A DNA stretch of 32,000 nt. It comes from Nitrosopumilus maritimus SCM1. GTDB lineage: Archaea; Thermoproteota; Nitrososphaeria; Nitrososphaerales; Nitrosopumilaceae. Position 1 is the first letter of the stretch. Each line of letters starts with the position of its first letter. The position numbers and the translations under genes were made by a program. The notes under the pieces are model-generated. The model did not search any database and was not told the origin of the DNA. It saw only the letters and a program-made list of their open reading frames with translations. Below, in pieces: positions 1 to 7,385 of the stretch. Location of the stretch: contig NC_010085.1 in the NCBI RefSeq assembly GCF_000018465.1, positions 1,470,001 to 1,502,000 on the forward strand, written 5' to 3'.

Positions 1-123
1 ACCAAATGCTGGTTTCTTTGCTTTTGATTTGGTTGCTTTCTTTTTTGGTGCAGCCTTTTTCTTTGGTGCAGCCTTCTTTTTTGTGGTAGTTTTTCTTTTG
101 GTTGTTTTCTTTTTTACTGCCAA
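1..123 (-). CDS. N-terminal fragment of a lysine/alanine-rich protein that continues past the left window edge (putative TTG start)
   Basis: The minus-strand frame is open from 159 down to 1, after an in-frame TAA at 160-162. There is no ATG; the only start-like codon is TTG at 121-123. Translation: (M)AVKKKTTKRKTTTKKKAAPKKKAAPKKKATKSKAKKPAFG. The direct DNA repeat ggtgcagcctt at 47-57 and 65-75 encodes the KKAAPK repeat. Confidence 0.3.
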   Translation of the reverse strand, partial: MAVKKKTTKRKTTTKKKAAPKKKAAPKKKATKSKAKKPAFG

Positions 124-159
124 TTTCTTGTAGTTGTATTCGAAATAAAGTATAAGAAC

Positions 160-816
160 TTAGAGCTTTACGTAATGTAAAACTAGATGATTTTTGAGCC
201 TCTTTACTGATTTGAGTCTGAGATTAGGAGAATGAGAAATTCTGCTAAATCCAGTACCTCGTAAATAGGAAATAGAGTCTTCTCCACCAAGTAAGTAAGG
301 AGATATCGTTAGTATCATTTCATCAAAGAGATTATGTTTTACAAATTCCCAGTTTACAGTTCCTCCTCCTTCAACCAGTATTGTTTTGATTTTCTTTTTT
401 GATAGTTTTTTCAACAGTAATTTTAAATTCACAGAATCATTACCGGTACTAATTATTTCAACAGGGAATTTTTCTAGTTTTTCAAGATTTTTTTTAGTAA
501 TTTTTTTAGATATTGCAATTATCGTTGGAACTTTGTTACTTGATTGAAGAATTTTTGATGTTTTTGAAATAGTACCTTTAGAATCTAAAACAATTCTGAT
601 AGGGTTTTTTCCTTTAACATGACGAACAGTCAAGAGAGGATTATCACGTGATGCGGTATTTTTTCCAATAAGAATTGCATCTACACTTGAACGTAATTTA
701 TGAAGTCTTTGAATATCTTTTTGTGATGAAAGTTTTGAATCGTTTGTTTTAGTTGCAATTTTTCCATCAACAGATATTGCTCCACTTAGAATAACATGAG
801 GTCTAGATTTTTCCAT
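160..816 (-). CDS. arfC: 2,5-diamino-6-ribosylamino-4(3H)-pyrimidinone 5'-phosphate reductase (RibD C-terminal/DHFR-like fold, archaeal ArfC type)
   Basis: ATG at 814-816. N-terminus PHVILSGAISVDGKIA and later ILVEGGGTVNWEF are typical of RibD-C/ArfC reductases. It is the last gene of the riboflavin operon and overlaps the upstream gene by 14 nt. Confidence 0.85.
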   Translation of the reverse strand: MEKSRPHVILSGAISVDGKIATKTNDSKLSSQKDIQRLHKLRSSVDAILIGKNTASRDNPLLTVRHVKGKNPIRIVLDSKGTISKTSKILQSSNKVPTIIAISKKITKKNLEKLEKFPVEIISTGNDSVNLKLLLKKLSKKKIKTILVEGGGTVNWEFVKHNLFDEMILTISPYLLGGEDSISYLRGTGFSRISHSPNLRLKSVKRLKNHLVLHYVKL

Positions 817-1993
817 GAACTATTTTACCTCCAATCATTACTGCTTGGATTGCAGATTCAGATGCTCTATGTACAATAGATGCATATGGTTCATGCATTG
901 GTTCTAAATCTAATGCATGTTTGTTTAGAAATATGCAATCAGCAATTTTTTTGGTTTCAATTACTCCAATGTCTTTTTTTAGTATTTTTCCTCCATTTAC
1001 GGTAGCCATTTTCAAAATTTCTTTAGGATTGATTCTTTTTTTATGAATGCCCATTGTGACTTTCCAAAGATAATCCATTTCTCTGAACATGTCAGGAGAG
1101 TTTATCATAACATTATCTGTGCCTAATCCAAGCGTACAACCGGCCTTTTGCATCAAAGTAATGTCAGGAATTCCTTCAGCCAAAGAAGAATTTGCTCTTG
1201 GGCAAACTACTATTCCTCGAGTTTTTTTTGCAGCTAGATGAAGATCACTGTTTGATGCATGAGTCATATGAATAAGAAAATGAGGTTTCATGGACAATGC
1301 ACGAATCACTTCAGATTTTCTAGTCATCTTTTTAGATCTTGAAACGCTCTGTTTTGTTTCAGCAGAATGAATTGCTCGAATCTTTGATGTCTTTGAGTAA
1401 TGATTCAATGTTGAAGTACTGTTCTCATTTGCACCACTAACTCCAATACCATCACATTTTTGAAGAATTAGAGGCAATTCCTTGGCTTTTTCTTTAGGAA
1501 TGGGGAGATTTTTTTTGATTTCAGTTGAATTTTGGTAGAAATTAACCCTACCCAAAATAATTGATCGGATTGGAATTTCAGATAATGTTTTTTTCAACAA
1601 GATAACACCATCTAAACCCCCTTCTCTAAAATCAACAAAGGTGGTTATTCCTTTTCTAATCATAGAATGACATGTATTTTTCATAAAATTAGACAAATTT
1701 TCAGGAGGAGTGTTTTTTAGAATTTTTGACTTTGCCCCAAAAACAGGATGTATTTTTTTATCTACAGAACTTTCTAGAGTGACATCTTTTCCAATTGAAT
1801 CACCTATGTGTGTATGTGCATTGATAAATCCTGGGATCAATAAAAGATCTTCACAGTCAATAGAATCCTCTTTACCACTTGGTTTAATGTTAGGTTGAAT
1901 TCGTTTGAATCTACCATCTTGAATTTGTACATTTGTTTTTGAAACAAATTCTAATTCTTTTCCTAAAAGGAGACTAATGTTCTTGATTAACAT
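803..1993 (-). CDS. Metal-dependent amidohydrolase superfamily protein (chlorohydrolase / aminopyrimidine-purine deaminase-like)
   Basis: 396 aa. HxH metal motif PGFINAHTHIGDS near the N-terminus and later GTDN, typical of the ATZ/TRZ-MtaD-guanine deaminase branch. Overlaps arfA by 7 nt (1987-1993) and arfC by 14 nt (803-816). Confidence 0.85.
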   Translation of the reverse strand: MLIKNISLLLGKELEFVSKTNVQIQDGRFKRIQPNIKPSGKEDSIDCEDLLLIPGFINAHTHIGDSIGKDVTLESSVDKKIHPVFGAKSKILKNTPPENLSNFMKNTCHSMIRKGITTFVDFREGGLDGVILLKKTLSEIPIRSIILGRVNFYQNSTEIKKNLPIPKEKAKELPLILQKCDGIGVSGANENSTSTLNHYSKTSKIRAIHSAETKQSVSRSKKMTRKSEVIRALSMKPHFLIHMTHASNSDLHLAAKKTRGIVVCPRANSSLAEGIPDITLMQKAGCTLGLGTDNVMINSPDMFREMDYLWKVTMGIHKKRINPKEILKMATVNGGKILKKDIGVIETKKIADCIFLNKHALDLEPMHEPYASIVHRASESAIQAVMIGGKIVHGKI

Positions 1994-2742
1994 GATAATT
2001 CATAAACTTCAGGTTTTTCTTTTCCTGAATCTCGAATTTCACGAATTGTATCAAGCGATTTTGTGGCTAATTTTACAGCATCTCTACATGTAGAAGCATT
2101 ACCAATACCACAATTCAGAAAAATCTTATCATCATTTTTTATCATGTTAATGAAATCTTGTACAGATTTTTTTCCATCATCACTTGCAACTACCATAAAG
2201 TTATCACCTCCCATAAAAAACGTAAGTGAATTTTTTTCCAGAAAATATTTTGACATTCTTGAATATAATTGAAAGATTATAGATGAAATCTCATATGGAG
2301 AATTGGTTGTTCTTTTAGATGAAAGATCATCAACGTCCAAATGCATTATAGTGATTTTAGAATCAGATGTGTCATCATTAACAAATCCAAAAATATTGTA
2401 TTGTTTGTCTAGTACAACTTCATTCTTCTTTCCGTCATATGCTTTCAAATTTGCTTCAAATGGAGATTCAGCAAAACCAATTGAAATTGTTAGATATACT
2501 TCAAATGATTTTTCCAGTGTTTTTTGAATTTCAATGTGTTCTTCCAAGCCAACTCCATTTGAGACAACAAAAAATTCATCAGCTCTGTTTAGAAAAACAA
2601 GACAATTCTTTTCAGAAAATAATTTTTGTAATTGTTTGTACAGAGATGCTTGAAGCATTTGTAATTCATGCTCTCTATCGCTGCCCAAAGTTAAAGTCCA
2701 TGGACCATAACCTGTTATTTTCAAGATACTTAGTTGAATCAT
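1987..2742 (-). CDS. arfA: GTP cyclohydrolase III (archaeal, forms the FAPy intermediate)
   Basis: The N-terminus MIQLSILKITGYGPWTLTLGSDREHELQMLQASLY matches the MJ0145-type GTP cyclohydrolase III signature (xxYGPWTxT). ATGA start/stop overlap with ribH at 2739-2742. Confidence 0.9.
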   Translation of the reverse strand: MIQLSILKITGYGPWTLTLGSDREHELQMLQASLYKQLQKLFSEKNCLVFLNRADEFFVVSNGVGLEEHIEIQKTLEKSFEVYLTISIGFAESPFEANLKAYDGKKNEVVLDKQYNIFGFVNDDTSDSKITIMHLDVDDLSSKRTTNSPYEISSIIFQLYSRMSKYFLEKNSLTFFMGGDNFMVVASDDGKKSVQDFINMIKNDDKIFLNCGIGNASTCRDAVKLATKSLDTIREIRDSGKEKPEVYELSC

Positions 2743-3155
2743 TTTTGAATCCTTTTGAGTTCTGATGAAATCTTTACGACTGCTTCTACGGCACGTTCAG
2801 CTACAGGTCTAATTCGGGCATGGGCATGTCTTTCCTGCATTCCAGGACCAGATATTCCTAAAGATACAGGTTTTTGGTGTTTAATCGATAAATCAGTAAG
2901 TGCCTGAGCAGCAGCATGAGAAATAACCTCATCATGTTTGGTTTGACCTTTGATAATGGCACCCAAAGTGACTACAGCATCAACATCATTTTTTTGTAAC
3001 AACGTATCAACAATTATGGGCATATCATATGCGCCTGGAACAGAACAAGTATAGGTTATTTTTAATTTCAATGAATCAGCTTTTTCTTGTGCTACTGAAA
3101 GCATTCTAGATGTCACTTCGTCATTGAATTCCGAAACCACTATAGCAATATTCAA
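2739..3155 (-). CDS. ribH: 6,7-dimethyl-8-ribityllumazine synthase
   Basis: 138 aa. IAIVVSEFNDEVT, VPGAYDMP, VVTLGAIIKGQTKHDEVI and SLGISGPGM are classic RibH motifs. The start codon is TTG (3153-3155); no ATG is available. Confidence 0.92.
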   Translation of the reverse strand: MNIAIVVSEFNDEVTSRMLSVAQEKADSLKLKITYTCSVPGAYDMPIIVDTLLQKNDVDAVVTLGAIIKGQTKHDEVISHAAAQALTDLSIKHQKPVSLGISGPGMQERHAHARIRPVAERAVEAVVKISSELKRIQK

Positions 3156-3157
3156 AA

Positions 3158-3823
3158 TTAATGCACCTTAGCGTATTCTAGTAGTTCTTTTCCATCAATT
3201 AATGGAATTCCATTTTGTTTTGCAAACTTTTCGGCTTTATCAACAGACAATGCAGTATATGTTTCAGCATCCATCATTTCACATATTGCAGATACTGGGG
3301 TTAAACCTGCAATCTGTGTAAGATAGACAGACATTTCTGTGTGTCCTTGACGTGCTGCTAGCAAACCTTTTGATGCAATAAGTAAAGGAACGTGTCCTGG
3401 TGTTTTGAAAGATGATGCAAACTTTTTTTGTTTATTTTCAACATTGTAAATATTTGCCATTTCTCGTATTGTTAATGATCTGTCATTATCAGTGATTCCA
3501 GTATAGGTTTGATAATGATTTACAGATAAGGAAAATGTTGGATGATCACCATAAGGAGCTAATCCCATAATCATTTCTTTGTTAGATATAGAAGAATCAG
3601 CTAAAATGTCATGCATGTATTTTAGTTCAAGTGAATTGGCAAATTGATTATCTATTGCAATACAAAGTAATCCACCAGCATGTTGACGCATTCGGGCAAC
3701 ATGTTCAGGAGTAACAAATTCTGCTGCAACCATCATATCAATCTCATTTTCTCGTCCAGCAGAGTCAAACAAGAGAACAAATTCTCCTCTTTTTAGAGAT
3801 TGTAGTGCAGTTTCAAGAGACAT
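3158..3823 (-). CDS. ribB: 3,4-dihydroxy-2-butanone 4-phosphate synthase
   Basis: GEFVLLFDSAGRENEIDMMVAAEFVTPEHVARMRQHAGGLLC and TGITDNDRS are RibB signatures. The ORF-track start at 3880 is a TTG that adds 19 hydrophobic residues. I prefer the ATG at 3821-3823 (MSLETALQSL...). Confidence 0.92.
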   Translation of the reverse strand: MSLETALQSLKRGEFVLLFDSAGRENEIDMMVAAEFVTPEHVARMRQHAGGLLCIAIDNQFANSLELKYMHDILADSSISNKEMIMGLAPYGDHPTFSLSVNHYQTYTGITDNDRSLTIREMANIYNVENKQKKFASSFKTPGHVPLLIASKGLLAARQGHTEMSVYLTQIAGLTPVSAICEMMDAETYTALSVDKAEKFAKQNGIPLIDGKELLEYAKVH

Positions 3824-3901
3824 AAACAAAAAAATCCTCAGACTGATTATAAAGCTTACTTGAGAATTGGTAATTACCAATAAAGTGGTAGTTTTTCAGG
3901 C

Positions 3902-4486
3902 TTATTTTAGAATATATTTTCCGAGAATGTCAGTTTCAATATTAACTTTGTCGCCTACTTTTTTTGTTTGAAAATTAGTAACCTCAATTGTATGAGGAAT
4001 TAATGAAACAGATGCAAGATTTTTTTTGATGTCAGTTACTGTCAAACTTATTCCATCAACTGCAATAGAACCCTTTTTGACTACATATTTTGCCAATTTT
4101 TTAGGTACTTCAAACCAAACTTGAACCTCTTTGGGTTTTTTTTGAATTTTTTTAATTATTCCTACACCATCCACATGTCCTAAAACAAAATGACCTTCTA
4201 GTCTATCTCCAGCCTTTAAACTTCGTTCAATGTTCACTATTCCACCAACCTCAAGATTACCAAGATCAGTTTTCTTTGTTGTTTCTTCAATCATCTCAAA
4301 TATACAACTAGATTTTGATAGTTTTGTTGCAGTAAGACACACACCATTTAGGGCAACACTTTGTCCAATTTTCAATCCCTTTGCATGTTTACCAAGATTT
4401 ACAGTCATCTGTACTGCACTTCGATTTTTTGTATTTTTAGAAATTTTTTCTACTTTACCTATTCCTTTAACAATTCCGGTAAACAT
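3902..4486 (-). CDS. ribE: Riboflavin synthase, bacterial/eukaryotic two-barrel (RibE/RibC) type
   Basis: Canonical MFTGIV start (ATG at 4484-4486; an alternative ATG lies 9 nt upstream at 4495). Motifs: GQSVALNGVCLT, GHFVLGHVDG, KGSIAVDGISLTV, LIPHT. Confidence 0.92.
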   Translation of the reverse strand: MFTGIVKGIGKVEKISKNTKNRSAVQMTVNLGKHAKGLKIGQSVALNGVCLTATKLSKSSCIFEMIEETTKKTDLGNLEVGGIVNIERSLKAGDRLEGHFVLGHVDGVGIIKKIQKKPKEVQVWFEVPKKLAKYVVKKGSIAVDGISLTVTDIKKNLASVSLIPHTIEVTNFQTKKVGDKVNIETDILGKYILK

Positions 4487-4519
4487 CAAAATCATCTAAT
4501 AACTGACGTATAAAATGAT

Positions 4520-5245
4520 TTAGTTAATTTTCATTTTAGATTTTTTTGAATCTAATTCTTCAAATTCATTTTCACAAACCTGATGAAAAAGAGAGCATTT
4601 GTTTTCTTTTGCTGCAATCTTGATTTTTTCCATATCTTTGTTTAGAACCCCTTGAGCTGCTAAAAATGCATTATCGCTATCTCCTAATTTTTCAAATAGT
4701 TTCGATTTTGCAAGAGGTATTTCTTTGAGGCTAGAATCTACCATTTGAGCCTTATCATAAAATTCAACTGCAACTTCATAGTCTCCCAAATGGCTGTGAG
4801 ATATTGCTTTGTTCATCAAAGCTGTAACGTCTGTTGGGTCTATCGCAAGTGCTTTTTCATAGTATTCAAGCGCCTCTTTGTGTTGATTTGATTCATTTAA
4901 TGACAATCCCATACTATTCAACGCCCATGAATCTTTAGGGTTAGAAGAGAGAATTTCTTCACATAATTTTAGAACTTGTTGGTACTCACCTAAACTTTCT
5001 AATGCATAAATTTTATTTTTCAATGCATATGTATCTGATTTTTTTATTTCAAGGACCTTATCACAATAAGATATAGCTTCTTGATATTTTTCAAGATAAA
5101 TTAAAGACAAGCAGATATTTTGAAGTGCAACCATATCATTGGGGATTTTTTCTAGGAGACTCTTGCAATAATTATACATCTCTTCATATTTTCCTGCATT
5201 AAACATTCTAGTTATGACATTGCTAGGATCTAACAGATTAACCAT
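4520..5245 (-). CDS. Tetratricopeptide (TPR) repeat protein
   Basis: 241 aa of repeated ~34-aa units with the TPR pattern (e.g. YEEAISYCDKVLEI, HKEALEYYEKALAIDP, YEVAVEFYDKA). Confidence 0.85.
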   Translation of the reverse strand: MVNLLDPSNVITRMFNAGKYEEMYNYCKSLLEKIPNDMVALQNICLSLIYLEKYQEAISYCDKVLEIKKSDTYALKNKIYALESLGEYQQVLKLCEEILSSNPKDSWALNSMGLSLNESNQHKEALEYYEKALAIDPTDVTALMNKAISHSHLGDYEVAVEFYDKAQMVDSSLKEIPLAKSKLFEKLGDSDNAFLAAQGVLNKDMEKIKIAAKENKCSLFHQVCENEFEELDSKKSKMKIN

Positions 5246-5308
5246 TTCTAATAATTAGATAGAATCTCATTATCTTTAATCTATTGCAAGATAAAGATGA
5301 ATTATTGA

Positions 5309-5452
5309 TTATTTTAGGACTTTACGAATGGTTTCATTCAGCACTTTAGAGTAGCTATAGGAAGATTGTTCTTGTTGAATTAATTTTGCTTGACGTAGGC
5401 GAAGTTTCTTATCAATATCATCGTCAATCATTATGGTAACTCTCTTTGCCAT
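5309..5452 (-). CDS. Small ribbon-helix-helix (CopG/Arc/MetJ-like) DNA-binding protein, 47 aa (not in ORF track)
   Basis: Hand translation from ATG 5450-5452 to TAA 5309-5311: MAKRVTIMIDDDIDKKLRLRQAKLIQQEQSSYSYSKVLNETIRKVLK. The beta-strand (RVTIMID) followed by two helices is the RHH pattern. Confidence 0.6.
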   Translation of the reverse strand: MAKRVTIMIDDDIDKKLRLRQAKLIQQEQSSYSYSKVLNETIRKVLK

Positions 5453-5510
5453 GCGTGAAAAGTATGATGTTTATAATATAACATTATGTGAGGAGTCCCA
5501 AAAATGGGAA

Positions 5511-5861
5511 TTAGGTGTTTATGCTTGATATAACATGTTCAATATTGAAGGGTTTTTGAACTATAGTTACATTCAGTTTTTGTAATTTTTCCTCAGTTAC
5601 TGTACTAGTATCAGCTGTCACTGCAATTATACGTGCTTTAGGTTCAATCTCTTGGATTTTTTTGATTGCATAAAATCCAGAACCATTAGGCATGTTAATA
5701 TCAATAAGAGTAACATCAGGTTTCAATTTTTTATATAGTTTCACAGCAGTAATACCATCAAATCCATTTCCTACAATATTGATTCCTTTTTCTTCTAGAA
5801 ATTCAGAAAATAGTCGAACAGTATCCTCATCATCATCAATGATAATAACAGATCTGCTCAT
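5511..5861 (-). CDS. Stand-alone response-regulator receiver (CheY-like) domain protein
   Basis: VIIIDDDEDT...PDVTLIDINMPNGSG...IIAVTA...KP contains the acidic pocket, the phospho-acceptor Asp (LIDINMP) and the T/K residues. The track start 5876 is TTG. The ATG at 5859-5861 sits about 25 nt from a TATA element. Confidence 0.85.
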   Translation of the reverse strand: MSRSVIIIDDDEDTVRLFSEFLEEKGINIVGNGFDGITAVKLYKKLKPDVTLIDINMPNGSGFYAIKKIQEIEPKARIIAVTADTSTVTEEKLQKLNVTIVQKPFNIEHVISSINT

Positions 5862-5883
5862 AAATTGATAAAACAAATGTGTT

Positions 5884-5896
5884 CTTTATATTTTAG
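5884..5896. promoter_or_regulatory. Shared A/T-rich TATA-like element between divergent genes (bidirectional promoter, short or absent leaders)
   Basis: ctttatattttag lies about 20-25 nt from the ATG at 5914 (+) and about 25 nt from the ATG at 5861 (-). This spacing is typical of archaeal TATA-to-start distance for leaderless mRNAs. Confidence 0.4.
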
Positions 5897-5913
5897 ATCT
5901 CCAGATACCATAT

Positions 5914-6522
5914 ATGCCAGGATTAGACAAATTAATTTCAACATCAATCCCTATCAAAATTAAGAAAAAAATTGATGCAGATACACTAAAAAAAATTGAA
6001 CGAGAATTATTTTTAGAACATGGAATGTCAATTAAACTTGCTACAGAACATTTTCAGACATTATTAAAAATCATTAAAAAAAATTCAGAATTAGACATTA
6101 AGGAATTTGAAAATAAATGTCTAAAAGAAATCATTCAAGTAAAAAAAGTGAAAGAAAATTATCATCTAACCATACTTGATTCAAAACTGGTTCATGTGAT
6201 TTTAGATATGTTTGGAGATGATGAGACTAGAAAAATGATCACATACATTCTAAAGAGTGAACACACCATACCAGAAATTCTAAGAGAATCAGGAATACCT
6301 AAAACCTCAGGATACAGAAAGATAGAGAATCTATTAATCAGTGGATTTTTCATAGAGACTGGAAAAGTGCTTAGTGAAAGTAAAAAAATATCAAAAATAC
6401 AGTGTATTTTTCAAGAGATTTCGATAGATGCAAAAAAAGAAAAATTGACAGTTAGTGGTATTGTGCCTAAGAAAACATTTGAAAAGAGCACAACAATGAA
6501 ATCCATTCTTAAAGAATTATAG
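5914..6522 (+). CDS. Hypothetical protein with a probable winged helix-turn-helix in the C-terminal half
   Basis: 202 aa. The segment TRKMITYILKSEHTIPEILRESGIPKTSGYRKIENLLISGFFIETGK looks like an ArsR/MarR-like wHTH. I see no other recognisable motif. Confidence 0.5.
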   Translation: MPGLDKLISTSIPIKIKKKIDADTLKKIERELFLEHGMSIKLATEHFQTLLKIIKKNSELDIKEFENKCLKEIIQVKKVKENYHLTILDSKLVHVILDMFGDDETRKMITYILKSEHTIPEILRESGIPKTSGYRKIENLLISGFFIETGKVLSESKKISKIQCIFQEISIDAKKEKLTVSGIVPKKTFEKSTTMKSILKEL

Positions 6523-6523
6523 T

Positions 6524-7378
6524 CTACTTTACAAGATCAAGCAAGGCTTTTGCTTGTTTAAAGTGAACTTCATCAATCATTTTCCCTTCAACAGTAGTAG
6601 CACCTTTTCCTTTCTTTGTTGATTCAAGATAGATTTTGCAAACTTTTTCAGCCCATTCTATTTCATTTTTGTTTGGATGAAATAGTTTGTGAGTTACAGA
6701 AATATGATCTGGATGAATAATGCTTTTTCCAGAATAACCCAAACTTTTTCCAACTTTGCAGTCATTTTCTAATCCCTTTGAGTCTTTGAGATCCTGCCAG
6801 ATTGCATCTATTGCAGCTACACCGGCAGCTCGTGCATCCACAGGGATTTTTCTTCTAGAATATTTTGCTCCATCGGCATCTTTGGTATATTCTACACCAA
6901 GATCATTTAGGAGATCAAACACGCCAAAGACTACTGCAACTACTCTTTTACTGCTAGATGCGATTTGGTATGTATTAACAACACCTTCTGCAGATTCAAT
7001 TGAAGGAATTAGTTGTATTGGTTTTAGTTTTCGTTTTTTCTCCAATTCTGAAATGATTTTTTCAATTTTTTTGAGTTCTTTGGTATTGTTTACTTTGGGA
7101 ATAACAATTCCATCAATTCCTTTTTGAACAATTTCTTTAAGATCAGCAGGAATTTTGCCCGATAAAGTGGAATTTGTTCGAACAAAAATTGAAGACTCGT
7201 ATGACTTTTTAGATTTGAGAGCAGTTTTGATTAGCTTTCTTGCATTAACTTTTTCATTGTCTGGGACAGAATCCTCTAAATCAAAGCACACAATATCAGC
7301 CTGAAGTTTTTTTGCTTTTTCTAGAAATCTAGGATTGTTTCCAGGAACAAAAATGAGACTTCTGAAGAGCTGAGTCAT
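6524..7378 (-). CDS. HpcH/HpaI aldolase - citrate lyase beta (CitE) / acyl-CoA lyase-like protein
   Basis: RSLIFVPGNNPRFLEKAKKLQADIVCFDLEDSV is the CitE/malyl-CoA lyase N-terminal signature. Length is 284 aa. IHP near the C-terminus is also typical. Confidence 0.8.
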   Translation of the reverse strand: MTQLFRSLIFVPGNNPRFLEKAKKLQADIVCFDLEDSVPDNEKVNARKLIKTALKSKKSYESSIFVRTNSTLSGKIPADLKEIVQKGIDGIVIPKVNNTKELKKIEKIISELEKKRKLKPIQLIPSIESAEGVVNTYQIASSSKRVVAVVFGVFDLLNDLGVEYTKDADGAKYSRRKIPVDARAAGVAAIDAIWQDLKDSKGLENDCKVGKSLGYSGKSIIHPDHISVTHKLFHPNKNEIEWAEKVCKIYLESTKKGKGATTVEGKMIDEVHFKQAKALLDLVK

Positions 7379-7385
7379 TAAATGA

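Noticed and set aside
1710-2765. Plus-strand ORFs 1710-1898, 2063-2272, 2303-2527 and 2439-2765.
   Set aside because: They are antisense to strongly supported riboflavin-pathway genes. Their translations are low-complexity (S/F/L-rich) with no motifs, the typical shadow ORFs of AT-rich DNA. The same reasoning applies to the other nested plus-strand ORFs: 4230-4499, 6756-7127, 7975-8193, 9892-10080, those at 11912-13283, 15377-15787, 16433-16624, 16982-17167, 17695-17931, 18429-18710, those at 21546-22456, those at 23536-24428, 27207-27422, 27819-28486, 29451-29666, 30510-30728 and 30987-31223.
3824-3880. N-terminal extensions in the ORF track (ribB to 3880, ribE to 4495, receiver to 5876, DUF35 to 17385, paralogue B to 24556, paralogue C to 26462, paralogue D to 27805).
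   Set aside because: Most extended starts are TTG codons or add residues ahead of canonical family N-termini or signal peptides. Downstream ATGs give the expected N-termini and sensible gene junctions.
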